DNA from: Anthoceros angustus
Lineage: Eukaryota > Plantae > Anthocerotophyta
Direction: 5' to 3'
Assembly (NCBI GenBank): GCA_010909165.1
Contig: MU008227.1
Location: 46,016-110,015 of the forward strand
DNA: 64,000 nt
The stretch's first letter is position 1; each line of letters opens with the position of its first letter. This document shows, piece by piece, positions 1 to 13,900 of the stretch. The translations under genes and the position numbers were made by a program. Under the pieces are notes generated by a model, which worked only from the letters and a program-made list of their open reading frames with translations, was not told where the DNA came from and searched no databases.

Positions 1-1233
1 TTTCCTCCGGCTCAGTCTGGCAAGCTCGCTACATGTTAAAGGTAAATGTAGGAGCCTATGTGAGCGTGTCTGCCGAGAAAGCAAGAGGTACGTTTAATAA
101 TGAAACGCTACTTCAAAACCCTAAATACCGGAAAACTCACATGAACGAAACTAACAAGTGCCTTCGACCTAGGTGGTGGCGTGGGAGGCACGAAGAGATC
201 AGGTCAAGCGGCAGATTAGTCCAACCAAGCAAGCAAGGCGTGCGTGGCAACCACCCCAATGCACCTTGATCGGGCGCCGATTGGTGGCGGGCTGCAGACT
301 TGCACGCCTCCCGCCTTGATTGATTCCGCCGTTTGATTGCATCCTTTGCCTCCGTGAGCTGCACCAGATTCTCTCGTAGGCACAAGTGTCTCCAAATCTC
401 ACGCTAATGGTGAACGAGATTGGGGTTGGGCGATGTTGGTTAGGTTAGGCGGATCATTCGCCACCATAAGCACTTCCCTCGAACAAATTCAATGTCGGAA
501 GAGATTTCCACCAAGAACGGTGAAGTGTTGATGACAAATCGCAACAACACCGATTCTAGCACTTCCCGTATGATGATTCGTCGGTTGAACATGGATTGGT
601 GGAGAGATAAGGGGTTCCTCTCTAATTCTCTCCACGCCTCTTGCGGAGGTGGACGCTCCACGTCTCCACCGCTTTCTTCCTTGCGCGTGCTAGGATTCGC
701 TCCCTATGAGCTTGTACTCGCCTCATAGGAATTAGGATTGGCCAAAACTTGCTCGATATTAAATGCACGCTTGCCCTCAGCCCGTCTCATCCGCAATCCA
801 ACCTTGATCGATCGTTATGACTGTAAGATGTATCGATCCTAGATGACCTAGAAAGAGCGGTGTGTCTTGGATTTCTATCCCATCGCCTACCATTCCTTCT
901 AGTCATTTTCTAAGGAGAATAGCTAGAATTCATCTAGCTACAATGGTGATTTCTAGATCAAGTATTCACAGCAACAACTCAACCTAGATACCATTAGACT
1001 CAACAACATTAGTGTAGCGGAAGACTCAAGCATCATAGTGCTCTGATACCATGTTCACTTTATATCATGCATTCAGCTAAGACACTTAGGCTAGAAAGCA
1101 TAACACACAAGAGAGTATGTATTAATGAACAGAGAATATCTTAAATACAAAATTGATGTGTCTCTTGAGTTACGTATCTAACCTCTAGTATAGAAACTAA
1201 GGTATAAACTATGTTAGGGTTTCATTCCTAACA
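1..1233 (-). mobile_element. Ty1/copia-type LTR retrotransposon, 5' end only (5' LTR 1052-1233, PBS 1040-1051, leader with upstream ORF); continues off the left edge
   Basis: TG...CA bounded 182-bp AT-rich segment followed on the minus strand by TGGTATCAGAGC (tRNA-iMet PBS). Leader ORF 440-661 is homologous to the leader ORF of the complete copia at 53394-53969. Confidence 0.8.
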
Positions 1234-4200
1234 GATGTTCTCATAGAGGAACTTTGCCCTTTGTGCTTTGATCCGTCCTTGTTGTGCCTCCACCCACAGT
1301 CTGCATGGTCCGTTGCCACGGGATGTACCTCTTGTGTGTGTTTGTGGAGGCGTATAGGACCAGCGATGTCGATGCCCCATTTCTCAAAAGGGTGCTGCGA
1401 GTATGGGCAGCGCCATTAGCCGTGGGGTCGGCCTTCGATCCGTGACAAGCATCACATCTCTTCACAAACTGGTGCGTTTCCCCATACATGGTGGGCCACC
1501 AGTATCCGGCCTCCAGGATTTTCTTGGTGGTGACTTGTGCTGCATAATGTCCACCACCCAAGCCTTCATGCAACCCTTTTATGACCACCTCCGTTTCCGC
1601 CTGTTGAAGGTACCTACGCTCCGCGCCGTCTGGTCCCACCTTGAAGATACATCCGTTGTACATCCTGAAGGGACAAGCGTAGTGTACAAAGGCTTGTTGT
1701 TGGGCACGGGTTAACCCGCTTGGAATCTCCATCTCCACGGTACCCGTTCCAGGTGGGCCGTCCTCTCGTCGCTCCTTCTTACCTTTACCTGATTCGCTGT
1801 CCACAAATTTGGGGTTCCTCAGACTGCGCTCCTCCTCCTGTGTCTCCACTGCGGCCACCAATTCCTCGTCAGGAAAGTCATCCTCCACGATCCCTTGTCG
1901 GCTCCGTCTTCAACCTGGACAAGAAGTCAGCATTTTGGTGTTGCCTCCCTTGCAGTCTCCACCTCAAGGTGAACTCTTGGAGTAGTGAGATCACCTCGCA
2001 CTTAATTTGCCGGACAGTGCCTTATTCACGGATGTTTGGTAGCCGCCAAGTGATGGGCCTAGAGCCTAAACTGCTGGTTGGAAGGAGAACGTGCTGGTTT
2101 CAACCGCGACGTACCATTCCCAATGCCTCTCGCTCCGTAGTAGTGTACCTCCATTTCCATGCGTGAGCTGTCTTCCGGCATAGTAGATTGGATGATCCCT
2201 CCGCTTGTCGTCCTTTTGGCTGAGCACTACTCAGTGGCGGTAGAGCGCATCTGCATGGACACTTTACCTGGGCCGGTCGGACCCTTTTGTCTGAATACAC
2301 ATCGGAATTGGGTGGTCAGAGATCCTACGAATGCAGCGTCCCTTTACGGTGTCCAGTCCACTTATCTCTCATTAAATTAACTCCGTTAGCTTACGCTTGG
2401 CCTTTCGCAATCTTTGGATGAGCTGGCCTTAATAACTCCATCATGCCATGCGGGAATCCGCGGTTCAGCCCTTCCGGATTACAACCAGGCGTTTGTGAGG
2501 CCAATGACCACTGACACTTGTCTTGGTAAAAAGCCCTCTGTCACTTCATGGCAAACCGCTGTTGACCGATAGGGATTACTCCACGAGTCGTTTGGTAGCA
2601 TTTCTCGGATGTAGACGGATGGGTTTCCCTTCTGACTCAACACTGGCAGGTGCCAGCGTGCTTGTCTTCCTCCATGTACGCAAAAGTCGCCCGTACCCAT
2701 GAAGTCCTCTAAAAATCCTCAAGACGCGTTGGTCACCATCCGCATGAATGATCCGGTGCCCGCCATCCCAAAGGCGTCATTAGCGAGCCCCACTCCGTGG
2801 TGAACGCTAGTCTTATCCCAGTCCGACTCCCTTAGGTGCAGTTGGTTGTAGCCGGAGTATCCATCCAAGAAGGAGTAAGTACCGTCTCACCTTGTCCAAA
2901 AGAGTGTCGTCCACTTAAGGGCATGGGGAAAAATTTTCTCAGAGCTGTGAGTTTCCTCCAACTCGGCGTAGACACGGACCCGTCGCTTTCTTGGGCACCA
3001 CGACGATGCAATTATTACGCATTGGAAGATGATGTCCGCCTCCAAATATTTGTCCAGGACCTCCTTGACCTTGAGCGAGTATTTAGGATTCAGCTGACAT
3101 CACGAATCCGAATAGGCACCGCCCTCGGCTTCAGTCTATCCTGTTCCTCCCCATCGCCGAATGCCTTTCATATCCGTGACCTTGAAAGCAAACACCTCGA
3201 TGAATTCCCCCAACAACAATGTGAGGTCTCGCTTCAACTCCGCTAGCATATCCTTAAGTGAATTTTAGGAATCCTGCCTGCGGACCTCCACGCTCTTCCA
3301 CATCACGCGTGATTGACTGCCTCCCTTTCCCTCGCCACAGCTCGGCCGCCATCCTCCATCCGGGTTCATCCTCACGCATCCCCACTCGAAAGCTCGTCCG
3401 AGGTAAACCGGGTCACTTCGGGGTCCGCCACCTCACTGCTCGCTGGGTCTCCTCCCTGCCCTCGCCTCCACTGCTAGCGGCCTCACTCGAACAATTGACC
3501 ACCCGCCTCCAAAAGTGTCCCTCCCAGAGTCCATCTCTTCTTCGGACCACGGATTTTTGGAAAGGTCATCATTGATCCTCGCGCTCAGTCCCCACTGTGG
3601 TTGGAGGTGCACCTCCGTGGTGCTTACGCTTTCCGCAGAGGTGTCCTACTCCGTGATCGCTACTCACCTCCCTTACCTTCGGATCCTACCAATCGGGTTT
3701 GAAATGGATCTCCTTCCTTCCGGCAGCCATCCGGGCGAACCCTGGACGCCCAACAGCATCAGACTCATTACCGTCCGCTTGATGACCACGAAGTCCAATG
3801 TAGGTGCCCCTTATGTTGGACTGACACCCCTACCGGCTGTCCGTCCATCCCGAGGGTTTTGGTGATGGCTCAAATGCTGTGAACCCTAACCGCCGGTGGG
3901 CTCCGTGATGAGGTTGACTCAACTGCGTCCTAGAGAAGTACGCTTAATCACGCATCCAGCGATTTCTACCTGAACCACCGGCGCTCCAGGGTCCGTATGA
4001 GATACCACTCTTACCTCCACGTTCTTGGTCTTACAACCCGAGGCGTTTTGGCGTGGCTGTGTCTCCTTGATGGCCCTCCGGACTTCTTGCCGATACTTCG
4101 GATTGTCTCTTAACAACTGTCTGAGCGACACCAGGTGCTGTTGGTCCATTATCAAGTCTGCCACCTTAAAGGGCGCGGGCGGCCCCTCCGTTGGGTCGCG

Positions 4201-5766
4201 TGTCCGTCGTGATTCTTCTAGCGCTCCGCCACCGCCCCGTGGTGGCCGGACCACCTCCGGGTCCTGTCGAATCTCCTCCTGAAGCATCTCCGTCACTTCT
4301 CGAACCACATCCGGTGGAAACTGGGGTGTTGCCTTGGGTGGGTCCGCTTCCTCTACTATCGCTTCAGGAGATTTCTTGTCGGGTGATTCCTCTGACAGAG
4401 CTGCCCGATTCAACTCGCCTTCCTTGGCTGGCTCTCCCTCTTTCGCGAGAGTCCCGTCCTCCGTATCCGTGGTGCTCTCTCCATTCTTCTTCCTCTTTAA
4501 CTGCCTTCTCTCCTTTCGCTCCTTCCGGCGGCTTCGGGTTGACACCTCCAGTACCTCCAGGGCCGCCTTCTCCTCCTTAGCCGATCCCGCTTCGTACCAC
4601 TCCGTCCCAAGTTCCCTTGGCGCCTCCTCCCACTCCGCCAGCTGTGCATCTTCAATCTGTAGCACCGGCGCGGTCTTAGGGTGAGGGGGCGTAGGTGGTC
4701 GTGGCTCCCCCGCCGGGGTGGCGTAGCACACCGTCCTTGAGCGAGGGTTCGGACACAAGTCGCCGCCATGTGCCTGCACAGCATAATCTCCCTTGCAGGC
4801 GTTCAAAATCCCGTTACCTTGCGGTGGGGTATGGGCGCAGCGTTGGAGTAGTGCCCAGGTTCCCCGATTCAGACCATGGCCGGAGAATTCCCGGAGGTGC
4901 TCCCATGCGGTGCTGCATCGGGGGGCGATGCATGGATGGTCCGGCCGCCGTAGGGTACATCGTCTTGGATATCGCGGCCCCGGCGGTGCTTCCTGCACTT
5001 GGTACGCGTCCTCCCACTGCTCCTCGGACTCTTCCCCGTAGTCGTACTCCACTTGGTTTCAGATTGGAGGGCGATTAATGAATGCCCATCTTTGGTGGCA
5101 CACCGCACACCATAGATGGGTCCGAACCGTGGTGGCCGCCTTCCGCCGTTCTCTATCCTTCACCTGGTTGATCGTCAATTCTTCCACCCTCTTCATTACC
5201 CGCTCCAGATCTTCCCTCAACCCCGCTACTTCTTTCAAAGGGGTTGGATCAGGCGGAACCTCTCGCGCCGGGGCGGGCATCACGACCTCCTTCTTCTCGA
5301 CCCTCCGCTTAACTACGGGCTTTTTCTTCTTATTCCTTTGGCGAGGTTCCTCCTCCTCCATAGCATCCTCGGATTCTTCTTCGGAGGCCTCCTCCTCTTC
5401 CTCCGAAGTTACCTCAGTTTCATCGTCCTCCTCTTCCGAGGGCTCTTCATCCTCGGATTCCGACCCCCGTTTCTTTTCTTCACCGGAGGCGTCCACTCGT
5501 TTGGTGCATCGATTCCTCGTAGTTCTCCTTGCTCGGACCGCCTTACCACGCCCTTCTATGCCAGGCGTGTTTAGCCATTGGCTTGGGCAGTGACCAACCA
5601 AGCACCCATGCATGGTGGTGTGGGTGGGGTCGATCGACGTGAGGCACGATTCGTCTTCCAACCTCTCCGTCTTGCCTGCATTCTCGAGCTTAGACAGACG
5701 TAGCCTTCTTGGTCAATCCCACGGAACCTTTCCAAGAAGGCATCCTCAATGCTCGGTCGCAGGGAG
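1234..5766 (-). mobile_element. Ty3/gypsy (non-chromovirus, Athila/Phygy-like) gag-pol remnant, frameshifted, cut by the copia at 1233 and by an LTR at 5767
   Basis: Gag with acidic tract and degenerate zinc knuckle (LWCAVCHQ, 5059-5661). Protease start (VQVEIAGC, ~3950). RT remnants at ~2500-3100. RNase H YTTTEREALG (~2120). Integrase zinc finger H...GGH...GYWWPTM...CDAC (1241-1888). Confidence 0.85.
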
Positions 5767-8700
5767 TGTGGCTACGGACTTCCCTTGGGGGTTAGGAAAT
5801 AAGTTGGGTTTTGTTTTTTTCGTAGGTCCGAAGTGTAAAATAAGGCGGAAAAGGAGGAATAAGCACGGGCCGGCGCTCGGATGTACTCCGGAGTGTACTC
5901 CTCGGAGTAGGTGCGGACCCGGTACCACCCGAGCCACGGACCACACGGTATCGGGATAGGGAGTCCAAACCCACTCCGGGTCAAAAGCAGGATAAATACG
6001 CCTTGATAACTTAGAAGTTGAGTCGTGAGTCAGACGGCGCCACGTGGGCCACAGATGGAAGCGGGCATCACCCGAGCCGGGCAGTAGCCTTGGAGGCCGT
6101 TATAGCGGTATTCACGCCCAGCGTCTTGCGCAGTAATAAGGCGGAGTAGGCGGGCGCAAGGTGAGTAAGCCATGCGAGACCTCGCGCGATTCACGGGGAA
6201 GGCACCCTCATGGCGGTTACTCCCAGCAGCGGCCGGCGAGGAGGTCATTTCTGCAATCGACCTCGAGACAATTCTCGCGGTCTCTTGCGCTCACGCACCG
6301 CCCTCTGGCGCTATCTCTCCGAGCAGCTCGGGCACCTTGGCAGCTCACCTTGGGGTTGGAGGCGTGAGCAGCCGTGAGGCGCATCGTGCCAGCCGGCGAT
6401 CTCGGACAATCGTCTACAGCGGAGTAAGAAGAAGAAGGCGATGGGACCCAAGAAGGCTGCGGAGGTATGGGCGCCATGGAACTGGTGGGCGCAACATTGT
6501 GCTATCCGGACTTTGGGCCGTGGGTGGAGGAGGCGGGGGGATTGGTCGAAGAGTGGCACCTAGGCGTGTTCAGTGTATGCGGACATTTGGATGTCACCCT
6601 AGTCAGGAGTTCGCCGGAAGATGTTGGCGGCCAACAAGGAGGTTCGATCCAAGAACCTCGGAGGATCCTGAGGTGGACCTTAGTCGAGCGGCTTACACGC
6701 CCGGCGAGATTGGGCGTAGTCAGGGAACCTCAAGGCGGGGGAAAGATAGAGGCGGCGGGCGGCGTGAAGCCGGCGCGTAACAACCAAGCGGTGGTTGATG
6801 TCGACTGCTGGACGGGAGGTGAGGCGGTAGCCGGATCATTATCCACGGAACACACTCACCAGGTGGATCGCACAGTGACAATTTATTAGTGTTCTGCATG
6901 CGCTGCGGCGAGGAAAGAAGGGCTGGGAAGGATCATCTTAGCGTTCGGAAGGCCTGGTGAGGTGCGAGAAGCCACCTCCATCGGGACTATCCCCATGTCG
7001 ATCCATGTGGGGACACTCGACCTCAGAAGGATGGGGAAGCGGGCGCTCGGGAAGGGCGGCCCTCAGAGCGGAGGCGGGCAAGGCGCCCGAGGTGAGCCCG
7101 ACCCCTAGGGCCAAAGCAGGTCAGGAGGAGACGGCAGGAGGATTCGGACTCCATACGTGGGCGGACCCCTCACCTAGGGAAGTGTGGGAAGATATCCCCG
7201 CTTCCTCCTCTTGGTGCCCCACCGAGCACCAAGGCAGCAGAGTCCCGAGCGGAGCGGCCCCGACAAATTTCACCACCACCCACGACGGCAAATGAGCCCC
7301 GACGACTCCGGGGCCAAGAGGCGGAAGACGGTGCCACCCGCCAACGCAACACTCTGGACGGCACTGCGCCGCCCACGGAGTGGCAAGAGGTCAAGAGGCG
7401 TGAGAAGGGCGAAGAGACGCCAAGGAGCAGGAGGTCACCGGGCAGAACCCCACCTGAGCCGGTCCTGCCGCCGACCGGGAGAGGGCCGCCTCGAACCCTC
7501 ACCCTCCGAGCCCTGTGACGAAGAGGGCGAATAAGGAATTGGCGGCCAAGAGGGCCAAGGAGGTGAGGCTCCTGACTCAGACTCAGACCTAAGGGACCCG
7601 ATTAGGTCCGAGAGCCCAGCCCCGACTGGCCTCCCGGATCATGGAGGTCCTGGCGACTGCGTGAGATGCCCGCCCCACAACGGACTTTTGGGGCCTCACT
7701 AATGGCGCCGTGGAAGAGACACTTGTTCCGGCCACATGGACTATGCTCGGGGTCTCTGGACGGCCGAGAAGACCCAGGTGGAAGCCCAAGGAGGCGATGG
7801 TGCTCCTCCAGTGAGCTGGAGGCGCCCAGAGGCGAGGAGGAAGGCGTGCCCGGCCGCATCGAAGAGGGAAGCCGGAGGCCGAAGAGAAGTCCGTCCATTC
7901 GACAGATCGGATAAGTTTCTTCACCGGGTGAGCAAACAAGGTGCACAGAGGCCCAAGCCGGCCGAGGATCTCCGCCAACGAAGGAGGGAGGCGCAGCAGA
8001 GGCGAGAGGGCTCGCGACTGGCCGAGGCGGCCCGGCGCCCAACAGATCGGGCGAGGCTCACCAAGACGGGAGGCGGAAGCCACAAAGATCGACCGCGATC
8101 ACTATCGGCGTGATCGAACCGGGAGGAGGAGGCCGGGTAGCCGCTGCCAACTCAAGGCCGAAAGCAGTGTAGCTGAGCAAGCCGAGCCGTGAGGAGGCAT
8201 CGGAGGTCAAGACCCCGAAATGGGACCTCGTGGTGCACCGCAGGAGGCAGAGGGAGGCGGGTGAGAGAGGACAAAGAAGCGACACCTTGAGTTGCAACCC
8301 AAGACGACGGAGCAGCAGGGGTTCTCAACGAGAGAATCCAAGACTTCGAAAGCGAGAGATAGAACGCTTCCAGCCTCCGAAGACGGAGGAGAATAGGCGG
8401 CAAGGAGTTCGACGTCAAGGCCGCAGCAGGAGATGGCGTAAGTCGAGTCGAACGGGATACCGCCTCGGAGCAGCGACCGGAAAGAGTAGACGGAGAGGAA
8501 AGCACGGGAGGAGAAGCAATGGTCCGTCCGGCCAGGAAGTGAGGGGAGCTCACCTCCATGGCCCGCAACCGAAGTGAGCCGAACAACGACGTGGAGGTGG
8601 AGAACGCCGAGCGCAGCCGAAGGCCGCAGAGGTAACGGAGGCGCCCGGGACGGCTCAAGGGAGTCCGCCCGCCATACCGGTGCTTGGCCACTGAGACGGG

Positions 8701-9123
8701 CCACAGAAAGGACGACATGCCCACCGCCAGAGCACCTATCGAGGAGGGAGCGGTCGTGCCCGGCTCATGTGGAAGAGGCGACCGCTGAAGTCGATTCGAC
8801 CGCCTCCCCTACCACGCAGAGCTCCTCAAGGCTCTAGAGGTCCCGCCACCCCAGGTGGAGGGTGGACCCTGCATGGCCTGAAGGAGGTGCAAGGGAGGAC
8901 GGACTGGGACAACAAGTACCACCTGGAGCCCTAGGAGCGCCTGCTTGATTTACTCAGCAGAAGCAATGTAGGGAGAGCAACGGACGGGAGCCGGAGGAGG
9001 AAGGGTCACACCGGGAGGTAAGCACCAAGACCCCTCATGGAAGGAAGGAGGCTGATCTTGGGAGGCTGCGGAAAGGTCGCGAACCGGCATTCGGGAACCA
9101 AGGAGGGCTGGATGAGCCTGATC
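5767..9123 (+). mobile_element. 5' part of a giant gypsy LTR (starts TGTGGCTACGG) inserted in the host gag
   Basis: The same start sequence occurs at 45522 (+) and 58619 (-). It interrupts gag at a site that is continuous in the copy at ~9470-9530. It ends at a deletion junction near 9123. Confidence 0.7.
6172..9120 (+). pseudogene. Long LTR-embedded ORF of unknown function (globular N-terminus, low-complexity linker, E/R/A-rich coiled-coil C-terminus), frameshifted
   Basis: Start GCCATGCG(A)GACCTC is conserved at 6172 (+) and 58154 (-). Homologous segments occur at 10914-12850, 15822-16800 (-) and 55419-58154 (-). Confidence 0.6.
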
Positions 9124-10913
9124 ACCGGCCGATCACACTGGGACCGCCGTAGCCGTGAGCAGCGTGAGAGGCGACCGCTCAACGCGGAGAACTCCAAACG
9201 GCAAGAAGCACCAGAGACTGGTCGGATCGTGAGGGAGGAAGTAGCACCAAGTCGCGGCGGTGGGAGCGGTTCTCAACCCTTGCCGGTCGCGATGGCAACA
9301 ACGCCGACCAAGCAAGCGATTCTCTTGGAGGTAAGAAGGAGAGAGACGCCGAAACCTTCGTGGAGGATGTCTCGCAAACTTCAACGAGAAGGTTCGATGC
9401 GAGCCTTATCCAAATTGCTCCAAGGGGTCCTACGGGGACAGCCGCCGCTGGTACCGAGGAAGCACGCCGCCCCAACGCCTCCCGCAACCTTCAAGCATTG
9501 AAGGATGCCTTCTAGAAAGATTCCGTGAATTGATCAAGAAGGCTATGTCCCTTGTCCAAACTCGAGAACCAAGGCAAGACGGAGAAGTTGGGATCGAGCA
9601 TCGAACGGTTCTACGGACCAAGACCCACCCACACCACCATGCGGCGTTGGTTCGCATGGCTTATCCAAGCCAATGGCTAACGTACGGCCGCTGGCGTAGA
9701 AGGATGTGAGCAAGGCGGTCCGAGCGGAGAACTACGAAGAATCGATGCACCAACGACGGCCGAGGACGCCCAGGAAAGAAGAAAAAGAAGAACGGGGTCG
9801 GATCAAGATGAAGAACCCTCGAAGAGGAGGATGATGAGACCGAGGTAGCATCGGAGGAAGAGGAAGAGGACTCAAGAAGAATCCGAGGATGGAAGAAGAG
9901 AAGAACCTCAAGAATAAGAAGAAAAGCCCGTCAAGTCGTGAGGGTGGAGAAGAAGGAGGTTATGATGCCCGCACGGTGCGAGAGGTTCCCGCCTCGACCC
10001 AGCCTCCTTTGAAAGAAGTAGCGGTTGAGGGAAGATCCGAACGGGTAATGAAGAGGGTGGAGGAGTTGACGATCAACCGTGAAGGATAAAGAACGGCGGA
10101 AGGCGGCCACCACGTCCGGACTCATCCTATGGTGTGCGTGTGTCACCAACATGGGCATTCAAGGCTAACCGCCTCCGCACTGCGTGGAACTGTGGAGTAT
10201 GACTCACGGGAAGAGTCCGAGGAGCAAGTGGAGGACATACCAAGTGCAAGAAGCACCACCGCCGGTATCCCAAGACGATGTACCCACGGCAACTGGCCAT
10301 CCGTGCATCGACTGCAAAGACCGCATGGGAGCCCCTCCAGAATTCTGGCGGCGGTGGTCCTGAACTGGGAACCCCGCACTACTCCAACGCTGTCCATACC
10401 CCACCCCAAAGGCAACGGGACTTTGAACTGCGGTGGAGATTGTAAGCGTGGCACATGGCGTGCAAGACCAGTGTCCGAATCCTCGCTCGAGGACGGCGCC
10501 ACGCCACCCCCTGGGGAGCCGCGACACCACGCCCTCCCTAAGGCCGCGCACAGATTGAAGACGACACCGGGCGAGGAAGAGGCCAAGGAACTTGAACGGA
10601 GTGGTACGGGAGTCTGCTAAGGAGGAGAAGGCGACCGGAGGTACTGAAGTGTCAACCCGTCACCGAAAGGAGCGAAAGGAGAGGAGACAAGAAGAGGAAG
10701 AAAATGGGGACACCCAACGGATACGGAGGACGGACACCATGAAGGAGGAAGATCCAATTTAAGGAAGGCGAAGAATTGGGTACCGAGGAAGTACCAACCA
10801 AACCCCAAACGTTAGGAAGAAACGGATCACCCAAGGCAACACCCCGCCCACCGGATGTGGTTCGAGAAGTGGCGGAGATGCTTCAGAAGAGATCCGACAG
10901 ACCCGAGGTGGTC
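9124..10913 (+). pseudogene. gypsy gag (second copy), pol deleted
   Basis: Matches the reverse complement of 4250-5766 and also 14205-14580 (acidic tract, zinc-knuckle remnant WCxCHQHGH, VEYDSREESEEQ). Jumps into the LTR ORF at ~10913. Confidence 0.8.
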
Positions 10914-13900
10914 CTGGCGCTTCTCTCCTCGATGCCCCCACCCAGCAAATGCACAGAAGAGGCGGCCAGGACGGAGTTGGCGGCTCCGGCCCACTCCGCG
11001 GCCGCCACCAATCCATAACAACAACAACGGCCGAGTCTCCGACTAACGGAATCAAGAGGCGGAAGACTACCATCAGCCAACGCAGACCCAGACGGCGCCT
11101 GCGGCTCTTGCCTCTACCAACGGAGTGGCAAGAAGCGGAGGAGGCAAGTGACGGGGCCAGTGACACGCCTCATGAGCTGGAGGCCACGGCAGCAACCCAC
11201 CCGAGCTCGTTCTGCCTCCGAACGGAGAGGCAAAGGGCTGCCCCGAACCCTTCATCACCTCCGAGCCGGAGGAAAAGGGCGGAGAAGGAGTTAGCTGCCA
11301 AGAGGGCCAAGGAAGAGAGGCTCGGACTCAAAGACTAGACCTAAGGGTCCCGATTAGTCCGGAGAGCTCGGCCCCACCGCCTCCGGATCGCAGATATGTC
11401 CCTTAACGGATCGGAGATGCCCATGCCCACGGACTGGCATCTCCCGCCAGTAGTCAGTGAGGAAAACGCTGCTGGGTTTTAGCTACCGTCATGGACTGAT
11501 GCTTTGGGGTCTTATGACTACCGAGAAGACCCAGGAGGTGGAGGCCACAAGAAGGCGATGGTGCCCTCCAGAGCAGTGGAGGCACCTGATGCTAAGAAGA
11601 AGGCGGAATCCTCGCTCGAATCGAGGAGGAAAACGCCTGGAGGCGGAGCGAGAGGTCCTGACGGTCCAAAGAAGACCGACTAAGATCCTTCACCGCAATA
11701 CCTGAAGGCATGCAGGAGGCCCAAGCACGGCTGAAGACCTCTCGCAAACGGGAGGCGGCTGAAGGAGGCGGAGGAGGGTCGAGGGCGCGGAGAACGCCCG
11801 CGACCGCCGAGGCGGCCAGACCAACACCAAGCCGGCGAGGCTCGTGTGAAGGCGGCGCGGAGGCGGAAGCCAGCCAAGGTCGATCGGGATCACTACCGAC
11901 GCGATGGAACCGTGGAGGGAGACGGGCGGGTGCTGCCTAACAAGGCCGTGTGGCAGTGGCCGGGCAAAGCGAGCCGCGAGGAAGAGATGGAGGCCAGACC
12001 CCGAAAATAGGGGACCTCCGTGCACTGCAGAAGTGAGGAGCTGCAGAGCCGGAAGAACACCGAGCCGCAACTCCAAGACGCGCTTGAGCAACACGGATTC
12101 TCAACGGAGAATCCAAGACTTCGAGCAGAGATAGAGCGCCCGCCTCAAGACGGAGAATAGGCGCGATCCAAGGAGTTGGACGCCGCCAGTCAAGAAGGAG
12201 CCGGAGAAAGCCGTGAGTCGGGCGAGATATCGCCCGCCCGGAGAAGGAAGTGGCGGACCTCCGGGTAAGGATGAACGGAGGGACGAGAGCGCTGGAGGAG
12301 GAGCAGAGGCTGCTTGTCCGATTGCGGGAGGCAGAGGGGGAGCTCAGCTCCATGGCCAGCAAATTGGTGGAGCTGCAACCGCGAAGGGAGGAGGAGCACG
12401 CCGAAAGCAAAGAAGGCCGCAGGAGGTGTTTGAGGCCGCCTTGGCGGCATCAAGGGAGTCCGCCCGCCAAGGGCTTGGCAAGCGTGGCGACGGAGACCTC
12501 AAGCAGGACAACACGCCACCGCCGAGCACCTTTGGAGGAGGGAGTACCGGTGCCCGAGCCCATGGAGGAGGCAATCCAAATGTTGACTCGACTTTGCCTA
12601 CTACCACGCCGAGCTTCTCAAGGCAATGGAGGTGTCGCGCCACCCACGGTGTGGACGGATTTCGATGGGTCAAGGAGCGAGGGAGGAGGGCCCCGAGATA
12701 GCACAAGACGAGGACCTTAGGAGCTACTGCTTGACGACAACAAAGAAAGGGGCCAAGTAGGGGGAGCATGGAGGAGCAAGACGAGGGAAGGTCAGCTGCC
12801 TGAGGTAAGCACTGACCTCACCAAGGAGGGGAGGAGGGCCCCGGGGGCCGAGAAGAGGCGGCTCCGCAACCGAGAACCATGGAGGACCTGGGGTGGAACC
12901 ATTGAGAAGTCCAAATGGGGGAAACCCAGCTGCGAGTCCTGACTTTGTCCGACTGAAGAAAGGCCGGACCCCGAGGTCCGCCTTGAAGAAAGTCCGACCG
13001 TGAGGTCCAGTTTAGTGACGGACGGACCCCGAGGTCCGGACCAGGGAAGGTGCCCAAGACGGACCCAGGCGAGTCCAGACTCGAGGTCCAGACTTAAAGA
13101 AGACCGATCGAGGTCCCACCGGAGAGAAGACCTGACCCAGAGGTCCAAACTCCCGGAGTCGAGACTAGACCTCAAGTTCTGCACTGTGGAGCTGGAGGGG
13201 CTACCAACCACAGAACTATCTCTTGAGGGCCCACAACTGTGGCCCGCCACGAGATAAGAGAGGAGGGGAGGAGGATTTAGTGGTGATCGCCGCTGTCGCC
13301 GCCGCCAGTAGGCGCAATGACAGTAGTCTCGGGAGAGGTATAGGGCCCGCGGATCATCCGATTGCGCCGCATGTCGCTAGGGCTTGGCCGCCAAAGGCGA
13401 ATGGGCAACCCTGCACTCCACCACCATGTAGATAGGTGGAATAAGGGAAATAGTAGGGACATAGCGCACTGCCGCCATCGTAATAGGGTGTAATAAAGAC
13501 GCCGACCTTCGCGTAGTAAAAGAGGGCTAAGCCTAAGCAAAGTATCTTCTTGGTGTTGATGCCGCGATCTTCTGCAGCCCTTGTGTGCCTTCATGTGAGT
13601 CCCGAGTCAAAGCAGCCCGGCACCGGAGATCGATCAAGGTCCCGTGACGACCCTAACGTGTGGTGGTGTGTGTGCAGGAAGGGCGACCGGACCCTGCTCA
13701 TCTCGAAGACTCAAACGGACGGACCGGAACGCGGAGCCGTGAGGAACTTTGAGGGCGCGAGCCTTGACGGAGAGACCCGGCAGAGACCTGGAGGAGGTCC
13801 TGACCACAAGCAACCACCCGCAATTTTCCAAGGATAATGAGGAAGTGTGAATGGTGAGAGGAACGACCGTAGGGACGAGTGACAAACTTGAATGATACGG

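Noticed and set aside
13253-13275. Purine tract read as a PPT marking the start of a short (~830 bp) LTR
   Set aside because: No clean TG follows it, and insertion junctions place the element terminus at TGTGG (5767, 45522, 58619). Kept only as the alternative model.
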